A stretch of 64,000 bases of DNA from Bdellovibrionota bacterium (GTDB lineage Bacteria > Bdellovibrionota_C > UBA2361 > CAKMMH01), in NCBI GenBank assembly GCA_050952645.1, contig JBMNLI010000017.1, forward strand, positions 160,001-224,000, read 5' to 3'. Positions within the stretch are counted from its first letter, which is position 1, and the number at the start of each line of letters is the position of its first letter. Below the pieces are notes generated by a model. It was not told the origin of the DNA and made no database searches. It worked only from the letters and a program-made list of their open reading frames with translations. Below, piece after piece: positions 1-10,057 of the stretch. Made by a program: the position numbers and the translations under genes.

Positions 1-614
1 CCCTTTTTCTTGCCTATAAAATCATCTTTCCCATTTCCAGTAACGTCGGCGCAGTAAACGTGTTTGTAATTAGCTCTTGGAAGTTTTATTTGTCTTTGTT
101 TCCCATTAAAATCTTTATAATAAAGCGTTTTCCTATCTATATAAGCTAAATCCGTTTTGCCATTTCCATTAAAATCACATCCAGTAAGAACTCTAACTTT
201 TCCACTACCAAACCTATTCACTTTAGATAGCCTACTATCTTGACTAATACCACTATATTTCCAAACTACAAAATTTTTTTTCTTTCCTACTCCTACTATA
301 CCAACATCACACTTATTATCACCATCATAATCACCTAGAGCTATTTTTTCGCCTTTAACTTTGCCGAGTGTTAAACTTGCAGTTTGACCATCATCAAGAA
401 AAAATCCGTGACCAAAATTAACATTATTGCCATTTTTCCCATATAGATGAAAATCTGTGTTGCCATTAGCATTAAAATCGACATTTACTGCATAGGCATC
501 ATTTAAATTACTAGAAAAAAGTAAGACAAAACTACAAAAAAACATCATCCTTAATGACATCCTAAATGATGTTTTTATTGATGTTTTTGTTAGTTTAAAT
601 ATATTTGAAAACAT
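1..614 (-). CDS. Secreted protein with FG-GAP/VCBS-like repeats (partial, runs off window start; not in ORF track)
   Basis: Hand translation from ATG at 614: hydrophobic leader (MMFFCSFVLLFSSNLNDAYA), then repeated motifs VDFNANGNTDF, GDYDGDNKCDVGIV, CDFNGNGKTDLAYI; no stop seen in the stretches translated. Confidence 0.7.
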   Translation of the reverse strand, partial: MFSNIFKLTKTSIKTSFRMSLRMMFFCSFVLLFSSNLNDAYAVNVDFNANGNTDFHLYGKNGNNVNFGHGFFLDDGQTASLTLGKVKGEKIALGDYDGDNKCDVGIVGVGKKKNFVVWKYSGISQDSRLSKVNRFGSGKVRVLTGCDFNGNGKTDLAYIDRKTLYYKDFNGKQRQIKLPRANYKHVYCADVTGNGKDDFIGKKK

Positions 615-677
615 ACAAAGACCCCATAATTTAAGAAAATAAGACCAATCGATCACTTGTATATGATATTTTAAATT

Positions 678-1832
678 TTAATTCTTCGCAATAGATAATA
701 TCGGAAAGAACCTTTCTAAATGTTTATATGAAGTAGAAGGAAGTTTTATAAGAGTAGCATCTGATACTATATTTAAAGCATTTTCTTCATCATCTTGAAA
801 AATAGTATTATTTGAAGATTTGCCTAGTTTTACTACTATATTTTCTAAAACCATTAAAACTATCATATACGGGTCTTTCTTATTTAAACACTCTTTCGAG
901 CATTCTATAATTTCTACTAAAAGACCTTCATTTTGTTTAAAATCATCTAAGAAGTCCCAAGCAAAAATGCTCTCTAACCTACAATCATCTTCAATATTAC
1001 CTTTAGTGTTTATATCGCCCATTTCACTCTCTATATTATCTATTTCATAATTTATATTACTCTCATTATTTTTATTTTCATTTTTATTTTCATCTCGCAT
1101 TGCACGCCTTTTTGCTTTTAAATTTTTAGCTTCTAATTTTGTAAAAGAATGAATTTCTTTTATAGGAGCGCTTACAGATAGCATTAGCCTTGCATGTCTT
1201 AATAATTCATCTCTAGTTAGTTTTTCATTATATGCCATCTGCGAATAACATTTAGCTTCTTGCAAATCACCTATATTAAAATACAAGTCGGAAAGTCGTC
1301 TATAAGTCTTATACCGATAATCTTTTATATCTTCCTTTCCTTGTAAACTTTCTAGAACTTCATTGTAGATGGAAATAGCATCATCTTTTTTACCAACTAA
1401 ATCTAGCATTCTAGCACTAGCCATTTTAAAATTAATATTTTCGGGATAATTATAATAAAGCTCAGTCATAATAGATAGCGCTTTATCGGTATCACCAAGC
1501 CTTTCTAAAGCTAGTGCTAAATTATATCTAGTTTTTGCATTATCACTAATTTGCAAAGCTCTTTCAAACGATTGAGTAGCTGCTAAGTATCTATTATTTT
1601 TAAAATAATACATCCCCTCTCGAACGTAAGACATAAGCTCAATCTCACGCTCTGAAACTATATCTTGTCTAATCTCTTTTTTATTCGTTATAGCACAAGA
1701 TGAGAAAAAAATTGAAAAGAAAATTAAAAAAAATACACAAAAAAATTTTTTTAAAAAATTAAATTTACTATTAGACATTTCTATTTCTTTACTTATTTTT
1801 CTATTTATTTCTTTATGTATTTCTCTATTCAT
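678..1832 (-). CDS. TPR-repeat lipoprotein
   Basis: Lipobox-like FFSSC; TPR motifs (YLAATQSFERALQI, RYNLALALERLGDTDKA). Confidence 0.75.
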   Translation of the reverse strand: MNREIHKEINRKISKEIEMSNSKFNFLKKFFCVFFLIFFSIFFSSCAITNKKEIRQDIVSEREIELMSYVREGMYYFKNNRYLAATQSFERALQISDNAKTRYNLALALERLGDTDKALSIMTELYYNYPENINFKMASARMLDLVGKKDDAISIYNEVLESLQGKEDIKDYRYKTYRRLSDLYFNIGDLQEAKCYSQMAYNEKLTRDELLRHARLMLSVSAPIKEIHSFTKLEAKNLKAKRRAMRDENKNENKNNESNINYEIDNIESEMGDINTKGNIEDDCRLESIFAWDFLDDFKQNEGLLVEIIECSKECLNKKDPYMIVLMVLENIVVKLGKSSNNTIFQDDEENALNIVSDATLIKLPSTSYKHLERFFPILSIAKN

Positions 1833-1877
1833 TTTTATTCTTCTTTATATTATTCTTTTATTATTCTTCTTTTATTT

Positions 1878-1981
1878 GGCTCTTCACGTTTTAAGGTAGG
1901 TTTTAGACTTTAAAATTAGTATCACTCACCCCACGAAGCCCAAAAAACAATTTTTCTAACCCACCTAAAACGTGAAGAACC
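1878..1981. mobile_element. ISL3-like MITE, copy 1 (104 bp)
   Basis: Terminal inverted repeats GGCTCTTCACGTTTTA...TAAAACGTGAAGAACC; near-identical copy at 25011; T-rich 8-mer flanks matching 7/8. Confidence 0.75.
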
Positions 1982-1996
1982 TTTTTTTTTCTAGCT

Positions 1997-2737
1997 TTAC
2001 ATTTTAAGCTTTTTAAAAATACATTCAGGGATAAGCTTTACTATAAGCATTATCAAACCCCAAAAACAAGGCGTATACAAAATATTTTTATTTTTCTTAA
2101 TTGCCTTATAAATAGTTTTACCTACATAATCAGACGATGCAAACAAAAGCCCCTTTTCTAAATGGGCAGTCATCGGAGTAGCAACAAACCCAGGTTTTAC
2201 GGTTAGCACATTTACCCCTTTCGATGAAAGTCTCGCTCTTAAACCACTTAAGAAAATACTAAGAGCCCCCTTGCTAGCACCATAAAAATAATTACTTTGT
2301 CTTCCTCTATCTCCTGCAACGGAAGATACCGCCATAATATTTCCACGTTTTTCTTTTTCAAACTTATTTGCGACTATCGACAGCAGTGATGCTACACTTA
2401 TAAAATTTGTATCGAAAAGTTCTTTTCCTTTAGAAAAATCTTGTTGCATTTCCTTTTGATTGCCTAGCATGCCATAAAAAACTAAAAAATTATCAAAATT
2501 TTCTAATGTTTTATCTGCCTCATCTATCAACGCTTGGTGTAAAGAGATATCACATATATCTTTTAAAACTTTTACATGAACGCTAGTAGCACCATGCACG
2601 GTTAAATCGTTGGCTACTTCGCTAAGTTTTTCCTTATTTCTTCCTACTAATAAAAAAGAATCTTTATCTTTCGCAAAATTTTTAAGCGTCCCTTGCGCTA
2701 TTAAAGATGTAGCTCCTAATACTAAAATTTTTCTCAT
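1997..2737 (-). CDS. SDR family reductase, DprE2-like
   Basis: GATSLIA Rossmann motif, SSVAGDRGRQSNYFYGASK, TVKPGFV; adjacent to DprE1-like gene. Confidence 0.85.
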   Translation of the reverse strand: MRKILVLGATSLIAQGTLKNFAKDKDSFLLVGRNKEKLSEVANDLTVHGATSVHVKVLKDICDISLHQALIDEADKTLENFDNFLVFYGMLGNQKEMQQDFSKGKELFDTNFISVASLLSIVANKFEKEKRGNIMAVSSVAGDRGRQSNYFYGASKGALSIFLSGLRARLSSKGVNVLTVKPGFVATPMTAHLEKGLLFASSDYVGKTIYKAIKKNKNILYTPCFWGLIMLIVKLIPECIFKKLKM

Positions 2738-2823
2738 AATTTATTTAATCTCCCTAAAAACAAGTTAGCTAATTATCCTTGCATTTTATCTTTGTATTTT
2801 ATTATTGCATTTTATTCATGTAT

Positions 2824-4173
2824 TTATTCATGTATTCTTCTCCAAAAACTAGATGAAATTTTTGGATCTACGTATTGCGAAAACTCTTCTACCTTCGGAT
2901 AAAACTGCTTAAAAGAGCTTCCTTTCATAAACGTATCTTTAGATGGATTCATTTTTCCATTATACTTTTTAACTAAATCTTCTAAAGTATGTAATATCTT
3001 TAAAGTTTTATCTCCTAAATTTATAAAGTCTAAACATAAAGTTATCCCTGGGGCTGGAAATGAAAGCATGCCAGGGGACTCTATCTCTCCACATTCCTTT
3101 AGAACTGCTAAAAAAGATGCCGAGCGAGATTCCACTATGGTTTTAAAAACTTCCTTTATAGCCTTATCATCATTATCCCTTGGCACTACACATTGATATT
3201 GATAAAAACCATTTTTACCATAAATTTTATTCCAATCTGCTACCGCATCTAGTGGGTAGAAAAATGGCTCGTAGTGAACCGTCTTTTTAACAAACTTTGG
3301 AAGCTGTTTATTATAATACGCAAAATTAAACGCTCTAACGGTGAAATTACATAACGACCAAGAAGGAAAATTAAATGGGACTATCAAGGGAATTTTTAAA
3401 GGCTCTCTAGGAAGCTCATTTAGAGTTTTTTTACTATGGTTTGCTCTCATATAAATTCCTCTTCCAAAGTTTTTCCCAGTAGCCGTGCAATCTAGCCAAG
3501 AAACGGTATAATCGAACTGTTTTTTTGAGTCCTTATTTATATCAAAGAATTCTTCAAGTCCTGAAAATTTTATGAACTCTCCATCAAAAAAACCACTTTG
3601 CACAGGTAGCAATTGAATATCTGCATAAAGAATGATTCCCGTTAAACCAAGCCCCCCGATAGTAGCTTTATATAAATCTATTTCATTTTCCAAAGATACT
3701 TCGTAAATTTTATTATCAGACCTTAATATGGCAATTTTTTTTACGTAGCAACCAAAAGTTCCAGCTACATGATGATTTTTTCCGTGAACATCATTAGCAA
3801 TCGCACCCCCAACGGTCACGAATTTAGTTCCAGGACTTACTGGCAAAAACCAACCCTTAGGAAGAGCTATCTTCAATATATCGTTAAGTGTAATTCCAGA
3901 GGTGCAACGGATAACCCCAGTTTTTTCATTAAAATTTATAAATCTTCTAAAGTATTCAGTAGAAAGAAGAATTCCGTTTTCATTAAGACAGCTATCTCCA
4001 TAACTTCTCCCTAGCCCTCTTGGGAGAATAGGTTTATCACTAGTAGGAAATTTAGCATCTGCTAGCCACTCTAAATATCTTATCTCTTGGGAAACCTTAG
4101 GAATTCTCCCCCAAGATAAATACTTATCAGAAATTACCCCTTTTGACATACTTTCAGACATACCTTTAAGCAT
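2824..4173 (-). CDS. FAD-binding oxidoreductase, DprE1-like
   Basis: RGLGRSYGD, PGTKFVTVGGAIANDVHGKNHH, SFLAVLK motifs. Confidence 0.9.
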   Translation of the reverse strand: MLKGMSESMSKGVISDKYLSWGRIPKVSQEIRYLEWLADAKFPTSDKPILPRGLGRSYGDSCLNENGILLSTEYFRRFINFNEKTGVIRCTSGITLNDILKIALPKGWFLPVSPGTKFVTVGGAIANDVHGKNHHVAGTFGCYVKKIAILRSDNKIYEVSLENEIDLYKATIGGLGLTGIILYADIQLLPVQSGFFDGEFIKFSGLEEFFDINKDSKKQFDYTVSWLDCTATGKNFGRGIYMRANHSKKTLNELPREPLKIPLIVPFNFPSWSLCNFTVRAFNFAYYNKQLPKFVKKTVHYEPFFYPLDAVADWNKIYGKNGFYQYQCVVPRDNDDKAIKEVFKTIVESRSASFLAVLKECGEIESPGMLSFPAPGITLCLDFINLGDKTLKILHTLEDLVKKYNGKMNPSKDTFMKGSSFKQFYPKVEEFSQYVDPKISSSFWRRIHE

Positions 4174-5629
4174 ACTTTGCCACTACAAAAATTATTACTA
4201 CAAAAACTAAAATTATATAACTAGCCTTATCTTTCATGGCAAAAATTATAGGGTCTTGCTCCATTTGTCCTCTATGAGATATAAGCCACACTCTACTAAT
4301 CCAGTAAAGCATAAGTGGACAAAGTCCCCATAGGAAACTTGGCGTTTTATATAATCTTACCGAGACATCACTTTGAATATATAAAGCAAAAATAAGCACT
4401 GCTATATAGCCACTACTAGAGCCGAAAATTTGGATTTGCTCTAAATCTGAGGCTTGATAACCACGCCCCATAATCTTATGTTGTAAATTATTTTTTACTG
4501 CGTAAAGCTCAGCATATCTTTTAGCGCAAGCCAAACTAAAAAACATAAATAGAGAAAACATAGCTAACCAAGGAGATAGAGCGATATTTAAAGCCACTCC
4601 TCCTGCTAAAATTCTAACCGTATATAACAATGATAAAATCAGTATATCTACTAGAACTATTTTTTTAAAGAAGATAGAATAAAGCGTAGTAGTAATAAAA
4701 TATAGAGTTAAAATAAGCAAAAACTCTTTTCCTAAGGAAAGACTAATCACGATGGAAAAAGGAATAAGAAATATCACCGTTTTTAAACCAAGACTTATCG
4801 GAATATCCCCTGAAGCTATGGCTCTATGTTTTTTACTCGGATGCATCCTATCGGCGTTAATATCAAATATATCATTTATGATATACACGCTCGAAGCTAA
4901 AAAGGAAAATGAAAAAAACGCTACTATCGCCTTTAAAACTAAGTCTATATTTAAAAACTTATGAGATAAAATTAGTGGTATAAAAATTAGCAGATTCTTA
5001 ACCCATTGATAGGTGCGAATCATACTTAAGAAACTCGTTATTGAAAACTTTGCACTTTCAGCTATAAATTTAGCATTTTTGTTTTTTAATTTTATTTTAT
5101 TATAAATTTTTTCATTACCTACTATTATAGGCTCTTTAGCTTCATTAAAGATAACGATATCTGCCGTGCTATCTCCAATATATGAAAACTCTTTACTAAA
5201 ATTATTATCTGATAAATAAGATTTAATTTTTTTTAATTTATTTTTTCCCTTTAAGTTTTCTTTTTTATTAGATGCGATAACATCATCAAATAGTCCTAGA
5301 AAACCCGATATAGGCTTAGCTAAATTGTGATTTGAAGCGGTAGCTAAAATAATTCTTATACCCTTTTCTTTCTTAGCTTTTATATAGGCTACTACCTCTT
5401 GATTATATGGTAAAAGCTCTACATTTAACTCTATTAGCAAAGAAAATTTTTCTTTTAAATACGCTTTTCCTTTTAATAGCCAGATAGGAATAAAAAATAT
5501 AGAAAAAAAAGATTTCTTTATAATCGAAATAAGGCATTCATAAAGCAGGTCGCCTTTTATAAGCGTTCCATCTAAGTCTACGAATAAGCATTCTTTTTCT
5601 TTATTTATTTCTTTATTCATTTCTTGCAT
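4166..5629 (-). CDS. HAD-domain + UbiA-family prenyltransferase (polyprenyl-phosphate phosphoribosyltransferase-like)
   Basis: N-terminal DLDGTL HAD motif; QWVKNLL, YIINDIFD..ADRMHPSK, multiple TM segments. Confidence 0.85.
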   Translation of the reverse strand: MQEMNKEINKEKECLFVDLDGTLIKGDLLYECLISIIKKSFFSIFFIPIWLLKGKAYLKEKFSLLIELNVELLPYNQEVVAYIKAKKEKGIRIILATASNHNLAKPISGFLGLFDDVIASNKKENLKGKNKLKKIKSYLSDNNFSKEFSYIGDSTADIVIFNEAKEPIIVGNEKIYNKIKLKNKNAKFIAESAKFSITSFLSMIRTYQWVKNLLIFIPLILSHKFLNIDLVLKAIVAFFSFSFLASSVYIINDIFDINADRMHPSKKHRAIASGDIPISLGLKTVIFLIPFSIVISLSLGKEFLLILTLYFITTTLYSIFFKKIVLVDILILSLLYTVRILAGGVALNIALSPWLAMFSLFMFFSLACAKRYAELYAVKNNLQHKIMGRGYQASDLEQIQIFGSSSGYIAVLIFALYIQSDVSVRLYKTPSFLWGLCPLMLYWISRVWLISHRGQMEQDPIIFAMKDKASYIILVFVVIIFVVAKYA

Positions 5630-5678
5630 TTTTTCTTGCCTAAAGAACCTTTGATAAAGATTTAAGTCTTAAAAAATT

Positions 5679-6368
5679 TTAAGAAAATAAATTATACTTT
5701 ATAATGCAATATATCGCTCTAAAGCCATCTTTCCAGCCTATTTTTTTACCCTCTTCGTAAGTTCTACCATGGTATGAGATCCCCACTTCATATATTCTGC
5801 AACCAGTTTTTGCAACTTTAGCTGTAATCTCAGGCTCAAAGCCAAAACGATTTTCCTTTATTTCTATATTTTGTATTATTTCTCTTTTGAAAACTTTATA
5901 GCAAGTTTCCATGTCGGTTAAATTTAAGTCGCTAAACATATTTGAGCAGAGAGTTAAAAATTTATTACCTAGACAATGCCAAAAATATAAAACTCTATGA
6001 GGCATCCCTCCCATAAATCTAGAGCCAAAAACCACGTCTGCTTTTCCACTTTCTATTGGCTCTACTAAATTTGGGTACTCTGCAGGGTCGTATTCTAAAT
6101 CTGCATCTTGCACGACTACCATATCTCCCGTTGCTTCTTTAAAGCCCGTTCTTAAGGCAGCACCTTTTCCCATATTTTTCTCGTGGTAAATAATTTTATC
6201 TACTTTTTTTGAAATTACATCTTTTAATATATCTCTCGTGCCGTCTGTTGAGTAATCATCTACTACTATTATTTCTAAATCTTTTTTAGGAGATGCTTTT
6301 ACTGCATCTACTATTTCTTCAATCGTTGTTTTTTCGTTATAACAAGGAATAATAACACTAAGCTTCAT
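5679..6368 (-). CDS. GT2 glycosyltransferase (polyprenol-phosphate glycosyltransferase-like)
   Basis: [25 protein letters not shown]. Confidence 0.9.
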   Translation of the reverse strand: MKLSVIIPCYNEKTTIEEIVDAVKASPKKDLEIIVVDDYSTDGTRDILKDVISKKVDKIIYHEKNMGKGAALRTGFKEATGDMVVVQDADLEYDPAEYPNLVEPIESGKADVVFGSRFMGGMPHRVLYFWHCLGNKFLTLCSNMFSDLNLTDMETCYKVFKREIIQNIEIKENRFGFEPEITAKVAKTGCRIYEVGISYHGRTYEEGKKIGWKDGFRAIYCIIKYNLFS

Positions 6369-6554
6369 CTTTAATTACCTTTATAAAAAACTTATAAAAT
6401 AAAATACTTTAACAAAAATACTTTAAGAGTTTACATTGTATGGTTTTTTTTGTAAATAACACAAAATAAATGCTTTAAAAAGTTTAAGATCTATAAGAAA
6501 CATTTTATTAGCTATGCCCTTAGTTATAACAATATTTTATAATCACATTGTTCT

Positions 6555-7991
6555 CTAACTAAAAAATTTAATTTCATCATTTTTATATAAACTAAAAAAT
6601 GCTAGATATGATAATCTTTTCGATTTTAATTCTTCTGCAAGGTATAATAAACTTTCAACGCTTAAAACTCCCCCATTTACTCGAGTTCTGCTCGCAATAT
6701 ATTTTAAATTACTTTTAAATCCACCTTTAAAGAACGAAGACACAAAAAAGTAGTTAAAGTTTTTTACCTTTTCATCAAAATTCTCCCACCATTTATTAGG
6801 ATTAATTTTTTCATCTCTAGTTTTGTTTTCATCTATATAGCGAATCATTTCATCAGCTTGACTAATTGGCAAATTATATCCACTCGCGTAAGCCTTGTTA
6901 TCTATGATTACGCCGTTAGCATTATAAAAAATTATTCCATCTAGCTTTCTATTTCCACCTAATCTTAAGCCCTTAAATTCTAATTCATTTATTAGAAGAT
7001 CCATCGTTTGTATTTCAAAATCTCTGCTTGCTTTTCCATCATAAACGAGGTCTATCAAAGATAAATATCTATGATCTAAATGAATTAATTTTTCTCTTAC
7101 CTTGTCTTTTAATTCTAAAACATTAGTTTTCGATATCTTAGTCCTTGGGATTACCAAATTGATAATAGTATCACAAATGCTATACTTTCCACTTGATTCA
7201 CTAAGAGATAATCCCATAGCTTCAATAACTTTTAATTCATCTTTAATTGTAGCGATGCTTTCATTTATATCATTTTCTTTTAGATAATCCTTAATTTCTT
7301 CTAAAGTTCTTTTTTTATTATTTATCGAAACTATAATATGAGCTCTTCTATTTCTTATATAATCTCGATCTCTTCCCTTTGTCGCAAGCATTTGCTAATA
7401 TACAATTTTATTAAGCCTCTCGGATGAAGACGTCCCTTTTACTCTCTTTAACTCTTTTATCCCATTTAATGTAATTCTAAAAGCATGGCCAATCGTAATC
7501 TTATATTCTCTCTTACCAATTTGTGCAGACACCGCTTTTTCAACCCTTTGAACTAAACCAACTTTAGACAGTCAACCACATATCATCCTAGCATATTTAT
7601 CTGCTGACCCTTCTGTATTAGCTCTTATATTCGCCTTGTCGCTATCGATTGCAGTCGCAACCGCTTGAATAAATAAATCTTGTGGTATAGAAGTAAACCC
7701 AGCTTCCCCTAAACCACCTATCTGCTTACCTAATTCAAATTTTGTCAAGTGGCTATTATTGCTCTCAAGCAATTTAAGGATTCTCACAGCAGATGGATAA
7801 GACAAAAACGCTGTAATCAAAACATTCTTTTCTTCCTTCTCTGTTTTTGAATAAATAAACTTCTTTCCTAGTGAAGTTATAAAAACCTCATCGCTATCCA
7901 TATCGTATTGAAGAAGCCCAATAGAAATAGCCCATCTTAAAAAACCGTCTGCAGTCCAATCATCAGTATATCCTCGTCCTCCCCTAGGCAC
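6555..7991 (-). pseudogene. FokI-family type IIS restriction endonuclease pseudogene
   Basis: Two ORFs in one frame joined through in-frame TGA (7572-7574) and TAG (7395-7397); FokI-like motifs DKYARMI, HAFRIT, MLAT, DNKAYASGYNLPISQADEM, NPNKWW; N-terminus missing. Confidence 0.85.
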
Positions 7992-8274
7992 TCTACAACT
8001 TCCTAAAATATCTCACTTTCGGCACATGGCTATAATTAAATGACTATAAATATTACTATAAGTAGCTATAGGTAATGTAAAAACTCTATAAAATTATCTA
8101 TAAAATTAATTGAATAATTACAAATTATAAATAACAATATAGAAAATTATTAAATAAAAAAGAAAAAATCAAAACCCCAAAATCAAGTATAACTATTTGC
8201 ATATTGCAAATCTTAATTTATAATACATTTAAGTTTTTAATGTTCTAAAGGTTATTTATTAAAGGACTAAAATT

Positions 8275-8925
8275 ATGGAAAAAATATTGCGTATCGCTTC
8301 TTTATTCTTATTATCATTCTCACTGTTTTTTTATGTTTCTTGCTCTGGAAAAGATATCGACGCTTCTGACCCACACGAGTTTAACTCAGGTCCCGTTGTA
8401 GATACTAGCGAACCTATCGAAGAGCTAGTAAAAAAAGCTAATAGACATTATGAGAAAAAAAACTACAGATCGGCTTTAAAATTTTTCGATAAGATTTATA
8501 AAAGAGAGCCTTACGGACGATACGCTTTATACGCCAAAACGAAAATGGCTGATGCATATTTTGAAAATAAAATGTATGAAGAGGCAGTAAATAATTATTA
8601 CGATTTAGTTAAAAGTCATATAGGCAACTATAACAAAGAATATGCTATATACATGACTGGTCTTTCAAACTTAAAATCTTTTAAAGGCACAGGGAGAAAT
8701 ACGACGTGCGTAAAAAAAGCCATAGAGTTTTTCGATGTTATACTAAACGATTATCCAAACTCAAAATACACTCTCGATGCTAAAAAATATAAATTAGAAT
8801 GCTACAAAATTTTAGCTAAAAGAGAAAAAGAAATATTAAAATATTATAAGAAACAAGGTGATACGGAAGCTCTAAAGGCTAGAGAGTTAGATTTTAAAAA
8901 TAATTGGGAAAAATATCTCTACTAA
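8275..8925 (+). CDS. bamD: Outer membrane protein assembly factor BamD-like TPR lipoprotein
   Basis: Lipobox YVSC; TPRs; YPNSKY..DAK..LAKRE..I.KYY pattern. Confidence 0.75.
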   Translation: MEKILRIASLFLLSFSLFFYVSCSGKDIDASDPHEFNSGPVVDTSEPIEELVKKANRHYEKKNYRSALKFFDKIYKREPYGRYALYAKTKMADAYFENKMYEEAVNNYYDLVKSHIGNYNKEYAIYMTGLSNLKSFKGTGRNTTCVKKAIEFFDVILNDYPNSKYTLDAKKYKLECYKILAKREKEILKYYKKQGDTEALKARELDFKNNWEKYLY

Positions 8926-8938
8926 TTAAAAATGTGAT

Positions 8939-9277
8939 TTAATTAAAAATATAATTCCCCTCTTTGCGAACTTCACTTATTTTTTTTGAAATTGAAAATT
9001 TAGTGATAAGTCTTTTTATAAAGATATTATCAGGATTTTTTTGGTTTAAATATAAGAGTTCCTTAAGGGCAAAGTCTACATATCCACAATCGTAATAAGT
9101 TCTAGCAAGGACTAGTCTTCCTCTATCTACCGATGGATATTTGCTTAACCCCTCAAGGCAAACTCTTATCGAGGCAGAGTGCTTTTTAACAAGCCTTAAC
9201 TTCTCGGCATACTCTGGAAAAAATTCCATTTCTGCACTCTGTCTTAAATTATGTTTTAAATTATTAGTATACTTCAT
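8939..9277 (-). CDS. Hypothetical TPR-like protein
   Basis: VCLEGLSKYP...GRLVLARTY...NPDNI TPR-like pattern; overlaps the stop of the upstream gene. Confidence 0.6.
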   Translation of the reverse strand: MKYTNNLKHNLRQSAEMEFFPEYAEKLRLVKKHSASIRVCLEGLSKYPSVDRGRLVLARTYYDCGYVDFALKELLYLNQKNPDNIFIKRLITKFSISKKISEVRKEGNYIFN

Positions 9278-9998
9278 CTATCACTTCTACTTCATCAACC
9301 CCATCCCCTTGAACCACATCTTCTTGCCCTTGAGATGCATAATTAGGCCCCGAACAAGCGATTTTGTCTTCTTCACATTGATTAAATTGTGCAAACAAAA
9401 CTGCTATGGATCTTGAAAATGTAAGTATCTCGCCAGTTTTAGAAACTGCTGTTAAATAAAATATAACGTTCTTCGTTCCTACTCCTTCTATGCGCTCATT
9501 ACCACCAATCAATCTTTGTCCATTAGATGCATTTTCGGTAAATTGCCCAAACGTTACTATCTCATTAGGATTACGAGCCGAAGCGTCCCCTTCGTTTATA
9601 TCTCTACCACCTACGTAATTATTTCCGTAAAAAGCAATATTAGGTGAAACGTAATCATTACCACCACCATAATAATTTTTTACCACATAATAATAGTGTG
9701 AAAGTTCCACGTCGTATCCTAAATCATTTATCACTTGAAACCTTACGATACCATTAAAATAAGGTTCAGATGTAATTTCAATATCACCACTACCAGTTGA
9801 GCAGCAAAGGTGAGCTTCTATGTCGATCTCATTTCCTACTACATCTTCACTCTCAATAAATACCTTAGTATTTCCAACGGCAATCTTATTTACTCTTACT
9901 TGAGAAATCTCATTATGAACTTTTCCGCAAGCTACACAGAAAACCGATATCACCATAGCAGAAACTACTAAGATTAACCCTTTATTTATTTTGCTCAT
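9264..9998 (-). CDS. Hypothetical lipoprotein downstream of pilQ
   Basis: Signal peptide with CVAC lipobox; AAGGAG RBS. Confidence 0.7.
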   Translation of the reverse strand: MSKINKGLILVVSAMVISVFCVACGKVHNEISQVRVNKIAVGNTKVFIESEDVVGNEIDIEAHLCCSTGSGDIEITSEPYFNGIVRFQVINDLGYDVELSHYYYVVKNYYGGGNDYVSPNIAFYGNNYVGGRDINEGDASARNPNEIVTFGQFTENASNGQRLIGGNERIEGVGTKNVIFYLTAVSKTGEILTFSRSIAVLFAQFNQCEEDKIACSGPNYASQGQEDVVQGDGVDEVEVIDEVY

Positions 9999-10057
9999 TT
10001 ATATCTCCTTTATGTTTAAAATTCGTATATTAATTTTTTACTAATTCTGCTTAAATA

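Noticed and set aside
7395..7574. Stop-codon reassignment (TGA or TAG read as Trp)
   Set aside because: Both codons end normal genes here (TGA for the OmpR regulator and rsfS, TAG for rpe and pilQ) and conserved Trp elsewhere uses TGG; pseudogenisation is simpler
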